A stretch of DNA of 63,846 bases, filler included, from Gemmatimonadota bacterium (GTDB lineage Bacteria; 4572-55; J002), in the NCBI GenBank assembly GCA_003697105.1. It is 5 parts of 5 records of this genome, joined end to end, with 100 filler letters (N's around TTAATTAATTAA, not from the genome) between each part and the next. Parts side by side here need not be neighbours in the genome. Positions count along the whole stretch, not along the records: positions 12,023 to 31,613 come from RFFQ01000164.1; positions 31,714 to 43,224 come from RFFQ01000165.1; 3 more parts are not named here. One strand, 5' to 3'. Position numbers and translations under genes: made by a program. A model generated the notes under the pieces. The model did not search any database and was not told the origin of the DNA. It saw only the letters and a program-made list of their open reading frames with translations. Shown in pieces: positions 26,237 to 36,017 of this stretch; position 1 is the first letter of the stretch; the number at the start of each line of letters is the position of its first letter.

Positions 26237-28366
26237 TTAATAGTGCCACTCCACCATGGTGTGAACCCACTGTTGAACATCTTGAATATCAATTTTACCA
26301 TTCTGATTATAATCCAAATACGGTATATCGTAACCCCATTCATCCAGTAACACATTCACATCCTGAAGGGTAATTTCCCCATCCCCATCCACATCAATAA
26401 TAATGGCATCGATGCGGGGCAATACCATGTGGCTCCAACCACCCACTTGACCTTGAGCATCTACAGCCCGCAACCGGTAGCGCGCGGTGGGATCAAAATG
26501 ATGTGGTAATGCCAGATAACCCGAAGCAAACCCGCGCCAAACTTCCGTCACCTGAGATGCCGTACCGCAAATTGAAATATCATCGATATACCAACCTTCA
26601 TATTGCGTTTCACCCCACGCCCCATTAAACACAAAGCGCAAATAGACTTCCTGCCCGGCATAGGTGGCGAGGGGGAATTCCACCAACTGCCAGTCCGAAG
26701 AACCAGTAATACCGTTCCCCCGGTTATTACGCCAATTATAGGAATTGGTGGTGATTGTTCCCGCAAGCGATTGGTACGATGCGCCCCCATCAGTGGAAAT
26801 CTCCACATAAGCCCAATCATTATTGGGATAAATCTGATAATAGGTCCAAAACTGAAGCACATCATCGCTATTGATGAGTACTGGCAATTTTGAGGTTAAG
26901 GTCTGGCGAGTACCGTGCCCCGAATAAAACGCCGTCGAGCCGCTATGGGAACGCTCTTCGCTCACCGTAAATCCGGAGGCAATCCAGTTATTCAGTGTTT
27001 CGGCAGAATCCACCGTAACCCGATAATCTTGAATTTCCTCCACCACAAATTCAACAGGCGGATTGTCGGAATCTTCTGGTATGCTCCATGAAAGGATCAG
27101 TGAGTCCACCGTTTGGGTACTGGTCAGCTCGGGTTGGGGGGGCACAAACAGATGATAGGGGTTTTCTTGAATTTGCAGAGCCGCTTCTGCCGTGACATAC
27201 AAGGAGGGTAAATTTTCGGCACATATAATCGGAACTTGCCATTCGGGGGGCCAAAATTCATCGGCGGTTTCCGGGGTGATGCCAAAAAAGCGGTTTTTCT
27301 CCTGATCTTCGCCATAAAACCAATCATCGGTATCACCGTTTGTGTTGTAAACCAATCCATTGTACGGGTTTCCTTGCCGGTAGCCATTATAGGCGCGCAT
27401 ACGATTTGCCCACTCGTAAAAAATCGGATGATCCGGGGTGTTGGCATCCCTGTAACCCCAGCCGTAAAGTAACATCCGCCCGTAGCTGTGGTAGGAAAGC
27501 GAAAAGGAAAAATTATGAGCAAGGCACAACTGCCGGATCGCCTCGGTTTCCGGCTCAGAAAAAGCGGCGGGTCCCCGGTATGTTTGCGAACTACTAGAAG
27601 GGCTTGACCCGTAGTTGTCATATCCCCACATGTACCCAAAATTGCGATTGAGATCGACACCATCGGTGTACATCTCGTGAAAATTGCCGTTATGGTTATT
27701 ATCACGGGTGTTTTTACGCCACCAACTCTGACCCGATTCTACCCGAAGGTGTCCATCTGGGTTCGCCATCGGTACAAACCAAAATTCTAATTGATTGACA
27801 TAGGCAGTTGCCGTGGAATCCACCCCATACCGGGAGGTAAGATCATCGATCATGTGTAGCACGATCTCGGTTGTGACCACTTCCCGCGCGTGCAAATTGC
27901 CGATCAGCAGAATTTCGGATTCGGTTTCTTCCTCTAACGCTGGATTGTCAGAGACCTTCACTGCCCAGATGGGATTACCCTCTGTAGAAGTACCAATGCT
28001 TTGCACTTGTAAAATCTCTGGAAAAAGTAAACTTAGCGAATCCAATTTGACGACCAGTTCCTCATACGTATGGTAAACCCCCATTGCGGTACGCCCGCCA
28101 AACCGCTCTTGGTACCGGGCAGGCATATCCTCGATGACGACCTCCCATTCAAAACCGGCTTCGGTTAACCGTTGGCGGTCTGCGTCATCGGTAACCACAT
28201 CCCAACCGTGATGGCACGGAACATCACTCAAATCTACACCTAATTTGACCAGCCGGTCTATTTCATCTGAAGTGGAGATAGGCACACGCACCAACGAAAT
28301 CTGCCCGCGAAGTGGCGCCGTGACCGCCAGCACACCCAACACTATAAAAATAAATAATCGATTCAT
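26237..28366 (-). CDS. Secreted M14 zinc carboxypeptidase (CpT-like) with beta-sandwich and dockerin-like C-terminus
   Basis: Signal peptide from MNRLFIF; HARE, NPDG, WRKN, GVDLNRN, SYHSY; paired DVDGDGEITLQD / DYNQNGKIDIQD loops. Confidence 0.88.
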   Translation of the reverse strand: MNRLFIFIVLGVLAVTAPLRGQISLVRVPISTSDEIDRLVKLGVDLSDVPCHHGWDVVTDDADRQRLTEAGFEWEVVIEDMPARYQERFGGRTAMGVYHTYEELVVKLDSLSLLFPEILQVQSIGTSTEGNPIWAVKVSDNPALEEETESEILLIGNLHAREVVTTEIVLHMIDDLTSRYGVDSTATAYVNQLEFWFVPMANPDGHLRVESGQSWWRKNTRDNNHNGNFHEMYTDGVDLNRNFGYMWGYDNYGSSPSSSSQTYRGPAAFSEPETEAIRQLCLAHNFSFSLSYHSYGRMLLYGWGYRDANTPDHPIFYEWANRMRAYNGYRQGNPYNGLVYNTNGDTDDWFYGEDQEKNRFFGITPETADEFWPPEWQVPIICAENLPSLYVTAEAALQIQENPYHLFVPPQPELTSTQTVDSLILSWSIPEDSDNPPVEFVVEEIQDYRVTVDSAETLNNWIASGFTVSEERSHSGSTAFYSGHGTRQTLTSKLPVLINSDDVLQFWTYYQIYPNNDWAYVEISTDGGASYQSLAGTITTNSYNWRNNRGNGITGSSDWQLVEFPLATYAGQEVYLRFVFNGAWGETQYEGWYIDDISICGTASQVTEVWRGFASGYLALPHHFDPTARYRLRAVDAQGQVGGWSHMVLPRIDAIIIDVDGDGEITLQDVNVLLDEWGYDIPYLDYNQNGKIDIQDVQQWVHTMVEWHY

Positions 28367-28782
28367 GGTTCTTGAATGGAGTTTAAATGAGTCATTAATC
28401 GTTCCTGAATAATCGCCGGTAGTTCCGGTGGATTCGCCGGGCACACCCGATGACGCCGTGTCGCAATGACATCATAAACATAATCTCGCACCCTCTGGGG
28501 AACAATAATAAAAACAAATCCGAGCGATAAAGGAAACCGCAAATAACGGACAATGTGCAAAATCGCACTGGATTTCAGGTAAACCCGGTCACCCCGGAGC
28601 AACACCACGCTTTTTGCATAATCAGGGGATAAACCCGAATGCATTAGCAATGCCTGCCCTGCCTCAGATTGTACCGGCACAAACCGGAATCGGCGTTGGA
28701 GGTCATGCTTCGCCACAAACAAAACACTCCGCTGACACAGCCCACACGTTCCATCAAACAGAATCATCAAAACGTTTGCCAT
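28363..28782 (-). CDS. DCC1-like thiol-disulfide oxidoreductase (DUF393)
   Basis: ILFDGTCGLC DxxCxxC motif, RDYVYDVIATRRH. Confidence 0.88.
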   Translation of the reverse strand: MANVLMILFDGTCGLCQRSVLFVAKHDLQRRFRFVPVQSEAGQALLMHSGLSPDYAKSVVLLRGDRVYLKSSAILHIVRYLRFPLSLGFVFIIVPQRVRDYVYDVIATRRHRVCPANPPELPAIIQERLMTHLNSIQEP

Positions 28783-29002
28783 ACGTTTCGGGAACCTCCC
28801 GCACAAAAAAGTGCCGTTGCGATCAAAAAATTTTTCACCCGTGTTGTCAATAAAAACTTCTAAAAGCAATAAAAAATGATAACCACATGATAAATAAGCA
28901 GTTAATTGTGTGGGAATCAAAGTGGTATTGTGCTTGCAGAAAAGAGTATAAATTGATGAGTTCAACCTTTCTGAGAAAAATTTTTGTGGGGGGATACCAT
29001 CC

Positions 29003-30103
29003 ATGAACAAAATTTTAGTTGTCGATGATGATGATGCGATCCGCCGAAGTCTCGCTCAAACCTTGGAATTTGCCGGATTTAATATTTTGGAAGCGGAAAA
29101 CGGGCGCGTGGGGCTTGAACAAGCCAAAGCACACCAACCAGACCTCATTTTGTGTGACATCATGATGCCCGGTGTCGATGGTTACACCGTGTTGAACGAA
29201 CTCCGGCAAGACCCTCTCACCGCCACCACACCCTTTATTTTTCTGACCGCTAAATCCTCCCGGCGCGATCTACGATACGGCATGGAACTGGGCGCCGATG
29301 ATTATATTGCCAAACCATTTCAGGCAGACGAGGTCATTTCTGCCGTCAAAACCCGATTGGAAAAACAACGCGAACTCCGCCGCCGTAGTGAGGCACAAGT
29401 CAAACATCTCCAAAACACGATCAATTATGCTCTGCCACATGAACTGCAAACGCCACTTTCAGCCATTCTGGGCTTTTCCGAAATTCTACTCGACCAAAAT
29501 GCGTCACTCCGGCGAGAAGAAATCACTCAAATTGCCCGGATTATCAACAATTCCGGCATTCGATTAGACCAGTTGATCAAAAACTACGTGCTTTTTGCCC
29601 AATTGGAAGCCCTGACAAACAATGCGGAAGAAATCCAAAAGCTACAAACAGAAGTCGTTGAAAATACAGAGCATCTGATCGAAATCGCAGTTGCTCATAA
29701 AGCGGAAGAACACAACCGGGGTGCAGATGTGATCACCCATTTAGTCAATGCCAAGCTCACCATCTCGGAAAACGGATTGACCAAAATCATCGAAGAACTA
29801 ATTGACAACGCCCTCAAATTCTCCGCAGCCAAAACACCGGTCACGGTTTATAGCGAAACACAAGAAAATTTGTACATCCTCAAAATCAAAGACCAAGGTA
29901 GTGGGATGAACCGGGAACAAATCGCTCAAATTGAGGCGTATATCCAGTTTAACCGCGACCACCGGGAACAACAAGGGTTCGGGTTGGGTCTGGCGATTGT
30001 GAAACGGTTGGTTGAACTTCACGGGGGCGAATTGATGATTGAGAGCCAACCAAATCAGGGAACATTGGTTACAGTCGTACTCAAAACTGCCGAACCAAAA
30101 TGA
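29003..30103 (+). CDS. Hybrid receiver-histidine kinase without sensor domain
   Basis: REC (ILVVDDD, CDIMMP, FLTAK, KP), HisKA HELQTPL, HATPase NALKF, DQGSG, GFGLGL. Confidence 0.93.
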   Translation: MNKILVVDDDDAIRRSLAQTLEFAGFNILEAENGRVGLEQAKAHQPDLILCDIMMPGVDGYTVLNELRQDPLTATTPFIFLTAKSSRRDLRYGMELGADDYIAKPFQADEVISAVKTRLEKQRELRRRSEAQVKHLQNTINYALPHELQTPLSAILGFSEILLDQNASLRREEITQIARIINNSGIRLDQLIKNYVLFAQLEALTNNAEEIQKLQTEVVENTEHLIEIAVAHKAEEHNRGADVITHLVNAKLTISENGLTKIIEELIDNALKFSAAKTPVTVYSETQENLYILKIKDQGSGMNREQIAQIEAYIQFNRDHREQQGFGLGLAIVKRLVELHGGELMIESQPNQGTLVTVVLKTAEPK

Positions 30104-30170
30104 AACCTGGGCCCTAGCCCCTGCCACCGTTAGGTTAACGGTAGCATTTTTCCGTAAAAATGCAAGCAAT

Positions 30171-30214
30171 AACAAAAATGCCAGTATCCCCTTTGTGGTA
30201 CTGGCATTTTTGTT
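30171..30214. terminator. Bidirectional terminator
   Basis: AACAAAAATGCCAGTA / TACTGGCATTTTTGTT 16-bp inverted repeat between convergent genes. Confidence 0.8.
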
Positions 30215-30248
30215 GAGAATCTTCGTAAACGGAATCACAGTCCATCAT

Positions 30249-30821
30249 TTATCCGTATAGTCCATATTGAACCAGATCACACAGAATATGCCCAATGAGA
30301 ATGTGGGACTCCTGAATCCGGTTTGGGTTCTCCGAATCCACACAGATAATAACATCACACACGTCTTTCATTTTACCGCCGCTTTTACCCGTGAGTCCCA
30401 GTGTGGTTATCCCTCGTGTTTGAGCGGCTTCCAATGCCAGAATCACGTTTTTGGAATTACCACTGGTACTGAGCCCCAACAGCACATCCTCTGGTTTGCC
30501 TAATGCTTCCACTTGCCGGGAAAAAATAAAATCATAACCATAATCATTCGCACATGCCGTGATAGTAGAGGTATTGGTTGTCAACGCCAACGCCGCAATT
30601 GCAGGGCGTTCAAAAACGGAACTCAACCGGATCGTGAGTTCCGTGGAGAGATGTTGCGAATCCCCGGCACTGCCGCCATTCCCGCAGATCATCAATTTTC
30701 CACCATTCTGAATCGACTGCGTTATTACATTCGCCATCAGCTCGATTGGTTTCGTTTGATCGAGTAAAAGCTGTTTTACCCGGATACTTTCTTGAATTTG
30801 GTCTTGAATGGGTTGCATCAT
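30249..30821 (-). CDS. gmhA: Phosphoheptose isomerase
   Basis: CGNGGSAGDSQH, ANDYGY, FSRQVEALG, STSGNS, IQESH. Confidence 0.95.
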   Translation of the reverse strand: MMQPIQDQIQESIRVKQLLLDQTKPIELMANVITQSIQNGGKLMICGNGGSAGDSQHLSTELTIRLSSVFERPAIAALALTTNTSTITACANDYGYDFIFSRQVEALGKPEDVLLGLSTSGNSKNVILALEAAQTRGITTLGLTGKSGGKMKDVCDVIICVDSENPNRIQESHILIGHILCDLVQYGLYG

Positions 30822-30827
30822 ATCAAG

Positions 30828-31613
30828 TTACTTTCGGCTAAAAATGAGGTCAAAGGTATCTTTTACCACTTCTTTTAGAGAATTTCGAATCGGTTCAGGT
30901 TCATATGTGGGCACGAATTTGCCTTCAATGATTAGCTTTGGGTTTCGCACAAATAGGTCATCAGCATCTTGTTCGTCTTCCAGTACATCTGCGGCAATCC
31001 CCTTGGCATCTGCCAAAATCAGCGGGCGTTTTTGGGGATGATGCGCATCACTAGCGATAACATGTACCAAATTATGGCGTAGCAATTTTTTGGAAAGGCG
31101 TTGTACCAACGGACCCCCGAACCCCAACAAGCTGGCGGCGGTCAATTGGGACAAAATCCCCCGTCGAACAAAATGATACAGAACATTCGGATTCTCCTGA
31201 ATGGACCCGTTCCGTTCGGGATGGGCAATAATTGGGGTGACTCCTTGTAACTGAATCTGGAAGAGGAGTTCATCCGCCCCGGAGGGAATTGAGGTCATGG
31301 GAAATTCCACCAAGGCGTATTTGCCGGTACCATTTAGGGTAAATGTTTGATGTTTTACCGCCTCAAGCGCTTCTGGATCACAGAAAATCTCAGCGCCTAG
31401 ATACACTGTAACATCGATTCCGATTTCAGCCAGTTTTGCTTGAAGTTGACTTTGTTTCAGGAGTAGCTCGGCTTCATAGTCTGCCCCCATCTCACCCCGA
31501 ACATGGGGAGTTGCCACGATCCCGGACAACCCTTGTTCGTACCCCTGACGGATCAGATCAACAGCTTCTTCATACGTCTCTACGCCGTCATCACCCGGAA
31601 TATCGGGTAACAC
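30828..31613 (-). CDS. PHP-family protein-tyrosine phosphatase (CpsB/YwqE), 5' end lost in gap
   Basis: LPDIPGDDG, VATPH, GAEI, IIAHPERN, IASDAH. Confidence 0.9.
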   Translation of the reverse strand: MLPDIPGDDGVETYEEAVDLIRQGYEQGLSGIVATPHVRGEMGADYEAELLLKQSQLQAKLAEIGIDVTVYLGAEIFCDPEALEAVKHQTFTLNGTGKYALVEFPMTSIPSGADELLFQIQLQGVTPIIAHPERNGSIQENPNVLYHFVRRGILSQLTAASLLGFGGPLVQRLSKKLLRHNLVHVIASDAHHPQKRPLILADAKGIAADVLEDEQDADDLFVRNPKLIIEGKFVPTYEPEPIRNSLKEVVKDTFDLIFSRK

Positions 31614-31713
31614 NNNNNNNNNNNNNNNNNNNNNNNNNNNNNNNNNNNNNNNNNNNNTTAATTAATTAANNNNNNNNNNNNNNNNNNNNNNNNNNNNNNN
31701 NNNNNNNNNNNNN
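31614..31713. other. Assembly gap with linker
   Basis: N runs and TTAATTAATTAA. Confidence 0.99.
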
Positions 31714-31818
31714 AATAGGTATCGTTTCATTTTTCGGCAGGTTTACAATACCCTGCCAGAGCGTATCCGCCGCCCAGCCAGTGCTATCCTGCGGGACTAC
31801 GGTCACCTCCTGCCCGTC

Positions 31819-32461
31819 ATGGTGCAACAGCCGAACGTGCGCCGGGAGAAGAAGGGCAAGCGCATCCCGCGCTGTCCCAAAGCCACGTGCGGGCTGCTCA
31901 TGACCGCCAACGGGTACGATGAACAGCGCGAGCGGCTGACCTACACCTCCAAATCACGAGATCAAAGTTTAGAGTTGAAAGTTCAAAGATATAAGCCGAA
32001 TCCGGCTCCAAATCACACTCCAACTCACGAGATCAAAGTTTAGAGTTGAAAGTTCAAAGATATAAGCCGAATCCGGCTCCAAATCACACTCCAACTCACG
32101 AGGTAAGGTGGCTCATTTTTATCTGAAAGATGATCTGATGGTCTTCAGCCCGATCCCGCGCGGGTCCGCCACGGAAAAGGACGCGCAAGGGCTTCGTTCC
32201 GGCTCGGAGCGAATCAATTCCATGATGAAAGGCGTCAACGGCGACCGTTGTACGCTGCATTCGGGCTCGGCGGTGATCTGCTGGGGCATCTTCTGTATGG
32301 CCGCTATTCTCGTTAGAAAAGTGTGGTATTTCATGGTGAAAGTCCGGAACCGGCTGCGGTGGGCGCAACACTTCCACCTCCCGTGGCATCGCCTTAAATT
32401 TAATAGAGAAGTACCGCGGTGGCTTCAGCGCTTCTTCAAAGACAAGGTGACGGATACCTGA
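31819..32461 (+). pseudogene. Disrupted DDE transposase remnant (IS5/IS1182-like)
   Basis: Fragment 1 IPRCPKATCGLLMTANGYDEQRERLTY and fragment 2 FSPIPRGS...RSGSERINSMMK (YREK-like), separated by a tandem repeat. Confidence 0.55.
31954..32102 (+). repeat. Perfect 71-bp tandem direct repeat (2 copies plus 7 nt)
   Basis: Unit TCACGAGATCAAAGTTTAGAG...CAAATCACACTCCAAC starts at 31954 and 32025; TCACGAG recurs at 32096. Confidence 0.95.
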
Positions 32462-32522
32462 GGTAGCTAAGGATAAATACGCTCTTTGACAGTTAATAAC
32501 ATATTATTTATGAGGGGATTAT

Positions 32523-32564
32523 AAAAAAACAGACCTTCCTGAATAGGGGGAGGTCTGTTTTTTT
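32523..32564. terminator. Bidirectional intrinsic terminator
   Basis: AAAAAAACAGACCT...AGGTCTGTTTTTTT. Confidence 0.8.
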
Positions 32565-32917
32565 AACCGGATGGGTTCAAATTAGGGCTAAAATAATTAG
32601 AAAAGCCGTGCTTCATGGGCTGGAAGGCATAAAAAAAGAGCCATTGATACAAATAGGGGTCTCGGGAATACGGGAAAACCGGCAGTGATGAGCAATGTCC
32701 GTAAACATTGGCGAGTCAAACGGCGAAACAGACCCCTACAGGTTTTTGACGCAACGACGATACATGGAATCCTCCTATGGGATAAGAAAAAGCCTAAATA
32801 TATCAATAACTTGCGTAATATTCAAGTAAAATAATATGCATAATGGGTTCAAACTAAACGAGTTACCCCTACTTGGGTATAAACTTTAGTCTTGAGATAA
32901 CGTCTTTTGCACGCTTG

Positions 32918-34723
32918 TTAATCGGTTGTCCCCGATTTAATTTTAAATTGCCGCACATGCATTCGCAGTTGTTCTGCCATATCTGCTAATATTTGGCTAG
33001 ACGCGCTCATTTCTTGCATGGATGCCGTTTGTTCTTCAACGACGGAGGAGACGTTCTCGGAATTGGAGGCGTTCTCTTCCGCGATAGTAGCAATTGCTTC
33101 AATGGCGGTGACCAGCTCTTGAATTTCGTTCTGTTGATTTTCCGCCGATTGTAAAATTTTACGCACCATCACACTACTCCGTTGGACTTCATCCGCAATA
33201 TGTTTCAGCACATTTCCGGCTGATTTGATCACTTCTTCGCCGTAACTGACTTCTTTTGAGACGTTTTGAATCCCATTGACGGTCTGTTCGGTGGCTTGTT
33301 GGATTTCTTTCACCAGTTTGCTGATTTCTTCTGTTTTTTGTTTGGTGTCATCTGCCAAAGAGCGGATATTAGAGGCAAGTACCTTAAATCCGCGTCCATG
33401 TTCTCCGGCGCGGGCGGCTTCGATGGCGGCGTTGAGTGAAAGCAGGTTGGTTTGCTGCGAAATACTGGCAATGGTACTGACAATCTTCCCAATTTGTTCG
33501 GATTTTTCACCTAAATTACTAACTAATTGTACGGTGTTATAGGTGACTTGGGAGATAGCGCTCATACGATTCAGCGCTTGTTCTGCAGAGGCGGTGGCTT
33601 CTCCGGCGGAGGATGAGACTTCTCCCACGACCTGATCGGCCTCGCGAGCACTTCCGGCCATTTCCATGGCGGAATGGGAGACCTTCTCGGAATTGGACAT
33701 CACGGAAATCAGTTGTTCCGATTGGCGATACGCGCCTTGAGCAATTTGCTCAATGGAACTGGACATTTCCTCTGTACTGGCAGTCACTTCTTCTGAAGAG
33801 GCAGACAGTTCCTCGGCGGTTGATGCCACTTCATTGGCGATCTGCGAAACGCGTTCCAAAATCAATGATATGTTTTCTAACATGGCGTTGAAGTTACTCT
33901 GGAGGTCGCCGATCTGATTATGCGAGGTCACTTTGGCTCGAATTGTCAGGTCGCCGCTTCGTGCCGCTTTCATAATTCGTGACATTTCCGTGATCGGGTT
34001 GATGACCCACCAAACGGTCATCAGGGGCACGATAATCCCAAATGCCAACAAGACCAGAGCAAAAATGGAAAGTGCCCACAGCATGGACTCCCGGGTTTGT
34101 TCGTTGACTTCATTCAAAGAGTACCCTACCCGGACGATCCCAATGGGTTTATCTTCTGTGATGGGTTCGGCTTCCGGTTCGGTGTAGCTTTCATCTGTGT
34201 AATAGGTTGTGATCTCATCCAGATAGGTATTTTCCGTGTCGAGTGCTGTTGTCGATTCGATTTGGACAAGATAGGCCATATCCAGTAATTTTTCCCCATC
34301 GGGGCTTTCTTCGATGTTAATATATTGTTTGTCTAGGGTGACGGCGCGCAAGATGTCTGGGTCGATCGTGCGTTGCACAATTGGGCGGTAAAACTCGACA
34401 TTTTCACTTTCTTGGATAGGTTCGGCGGGGGTATAGGTGTAAAAAATAATATACCGGATGTTTGTATCCCACGCGGTACCTACGATCAGACTTTGCAGAT
34501 CGGCAGTGTTATGGCTGTAAACGGCGTACCAACTATTATGAGCTAAATTGCGAGTGATGGATTTTGCCCGGATTTCCAACTGCTTCTGGATAATATTTTT
34601 GCCTTTCACAATGGTTGCCGCACCGACCAGAACACTGGTTAAAAAAACCCCGACCAGCATCGTCAGAAAAAAGACGATGACCAGATTCTGAGTAAACCGA
34701 TTGCGTTTCTTTTTTTTCGCCAT
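32918..34723 (-). CDS. Methyl-accepting chemotaxis protein (TM, periplasmic domain, TM, HAMP, MA)
   Basis: [23 protein letters not shown] hairpin tip, [11 protein letters not shown] methylation helices; GAGG RBS before ATG 34723. Confidence 0.95.
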   Translation of the reverse strand: MAKKKKRNRFTQNLVIVFFLTMLVGVFLTSVLVGAATIVKGKNIIQKQLEIRAKSITRNLAHNSWYAVYSHNTADLQSLIVGTAWDTNIRYIIFYTYTPAEPIQESENVEFYRPIVQRTIDPDILRAVTLDKQYINIEESPDGEKLLDMAYLVQIESTTALDTENTYLDEITTYYTDESYTEPEAEPITEDKPIGIVRVGYSLNEVNEQTRESMLWALSIFALVLLAFGIIVPLMTVWWVINPITEMSRIMKAARSGDLTIRAKVTSHNQIGDLQSNFNAMLENISLILERVSQIANEVASTAEELSASSEEVTASTEEMSSSIEQIAQGAYRQSEQLISVMSNSEKVSHSAMEMAGSAREADQVVGEVSSSAGEATASAEQALNRMSAISQVTYNTVQLVSNLGEKSEQIGKIVSTIASISQQTNLLSLNAAIEAARAGEHGRGFKVLASNIRSLADDTKQKTEEISKLVKEIQQATEQTVNGIQNVSKEVSYGEEVIKSAGNVLKHIADEVQRSSVMVRKILQSAENQQNEIQELVTAIEAIATIAEENASNSENVSSVVEEQTASMQEMSASSQILADMAEQLRMHVRQFKIKSGTTD

Positions 34724-34731
34724 TAGTTGCC

Positions 34732-35694
34732 TCAATGTATCTCTGAATTGGTTTGGATCGTTGGGGGAAGCTCAATATTCAAATATTTGGCGGTATTTTC
34801 ATTGATATGCCGGAATCCGCGGGCACTGACATAGGGAATCTCAGCCGGCGGAGTTCCTTTCAAAACCTGATCGACCAATTCCGCGGCTTGTTTGCCCATG
34901 TCTTTATGATCCACGGTGAGGGCGGCAAAGGCACCTTCCTTGACCTGAAAGTCGGCATAACCAAACAAGGGTATCTGGTTTTGCAAGGAAAATTTCATGA
35001 TAAATTTCCAAGATTCTTTACCGACGGGTTTTGTCCGATTTGCCACATTCAAATCAGGGATGACCCAGATGGCATCGACATTCCCTTCCAAATCCCGGAA
35101 AGCTTGCGGAACTTCCGCTTCATCCCGAATCTGTTTAGCGACCAGTGTTATACCTAAATCGGTAGCGATGGTTTTGGCGTTTTCAATCAGGGGGATATTG
35201 CGTTCACTATAAACGACACCCACGTTTTGAACCGAGGGCAGAACGCGTTTAATATCTTGTAATTTTTCCGCTACCGGGATTTCCATATCCACCCCCGTCA
35301 CATTTTGGCGATCCTCCGCAAAAATACGTTCCGGGTGGAGGAGAACCACAAACACAATCGGTATCTCTGGCGGGAGGTGTTTCTTAGCCAACATTGCCGC
35401 ATGTCCGCCGATGGCGACCACTACCGATGCCGGAATGTCCTGAATCTCCTTCACATATTGGATGCCTTTCTCTTTATCACGATTCATGTCAAAATAGCTG
35501 ATGCGCATATTTTCGCCATCTGTGTAACCCATTTGACGGATGGCATTGACAAATCCGCGTTCGGTTTCATCATAATCCCGTCGGGATTGAAATTTGAGGA
35601 TCGCAATTTCATGCTCATAGGCAGGTAAGGTCTCGGCAAAAATCGAAAATAGAAGAACCAAAGGTACGATTCGTGAAAATAACCGGTTATGCAT
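34732..35694 (-). CDS. Periplasmic solute-binding protein (ABC_sub_bind type)
   Basis: Signal peptide, [59 protein letters not shown]. Confidence 0.88.
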   Translation of the reverse strand: MHNRLFSRIVPLVLLFSIFAETLPAYEHEIAILKFQSRRDYDETERGFVNAIRQMGYTDGENMRISYFDMNRDKEKGIQYVKEIQDIPASVVVAIGGHAAMLAKKHLPPEIPIVFVVLLHPERIFAEDRQNVTGVDMEIPVAEKLQDIKRVLPSVQNVGVVYSERNIPLIENAKTIATDLGITLVAKQIRDEAEVPQAFRDLEGNVDAIWVIPDLNVANRTKPVGKESWKFIMKFSLQNQIPLFGYADFQVKEGAFAALTVDHKDMGKQAAELVDQVLKGTPPAEIPYVSARGFRHINENTAKYLNIELPPTIQTNSEIH

Positions 35695-35768
35695 GATTTA
35701 ATAACCTATAGGCAGTTTGAAAATCGGGTGGAGATTGGATAAACCGCAGATTGTCCGTGTTTACGCCA

Positions 35769-35797
35769 AGAATACCATATTTTTAGAGGTTGTGCAA
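35769..35797 (-). promoter_or_regulatory. Candidate promoter for the SBP-MCP pair
   Basis: TTGCAC (35797-35792), 17 nt including extended TG, TATTCT (35774-35769). Confidence 0.5.
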
Positions 35798-36017
35798 GGA
35801 ATTTATTCGCTTTGGAACAGGAGAGATCGGGGGCAGTGGTTTTCACCAAATTTGCCCGTATGGATGGTGAATTGGCTGAAGACGTTGGTATTAGGGTAGC
35901 TCTTTGGTTTGGGTTAAAAGAGGTGTCACGGTGTGGCAGGAAACCGCTGGGAGTCCATGTGCGACGCAAGTGTAAACCGGCACCGCACATGGAACTATTT
36001 AAGAAAAATTGGCGGGT

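Noticed and set aside
28783-29010. Long N-terminal extensions in the ORF track (also the starts at 2975, 28444, 38255, 46661, 48590 and 60668)
   Set aside because: Most overlap neighbouring genes or intergenic elements; internal ATGs give normal domain or signal-peptide starts.
31954-32102. CRISPR array (period 71 bp; GTTCAAAGATA...CAAATCACA loosely recalls type II-C repeats)
   Set aside because: Both units are identical over their whole length, so there is no variable spacer; only two copies and no cas genes.
30249-32461. IS insertion disrupting a capsule locus upstream of the tyrosine phosphatase
   Set aside because: The two lie on different contigs separated by a linker; adjacency is unsupported.
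32654-32738. Hammerhead ribozyme (TGATGAG...CGAAAC)
   Set aside because: The core reads GTGATGA rather than CTGATGA, stem II is not followed directly by GAAA, and no UH cleavage site lies in register.
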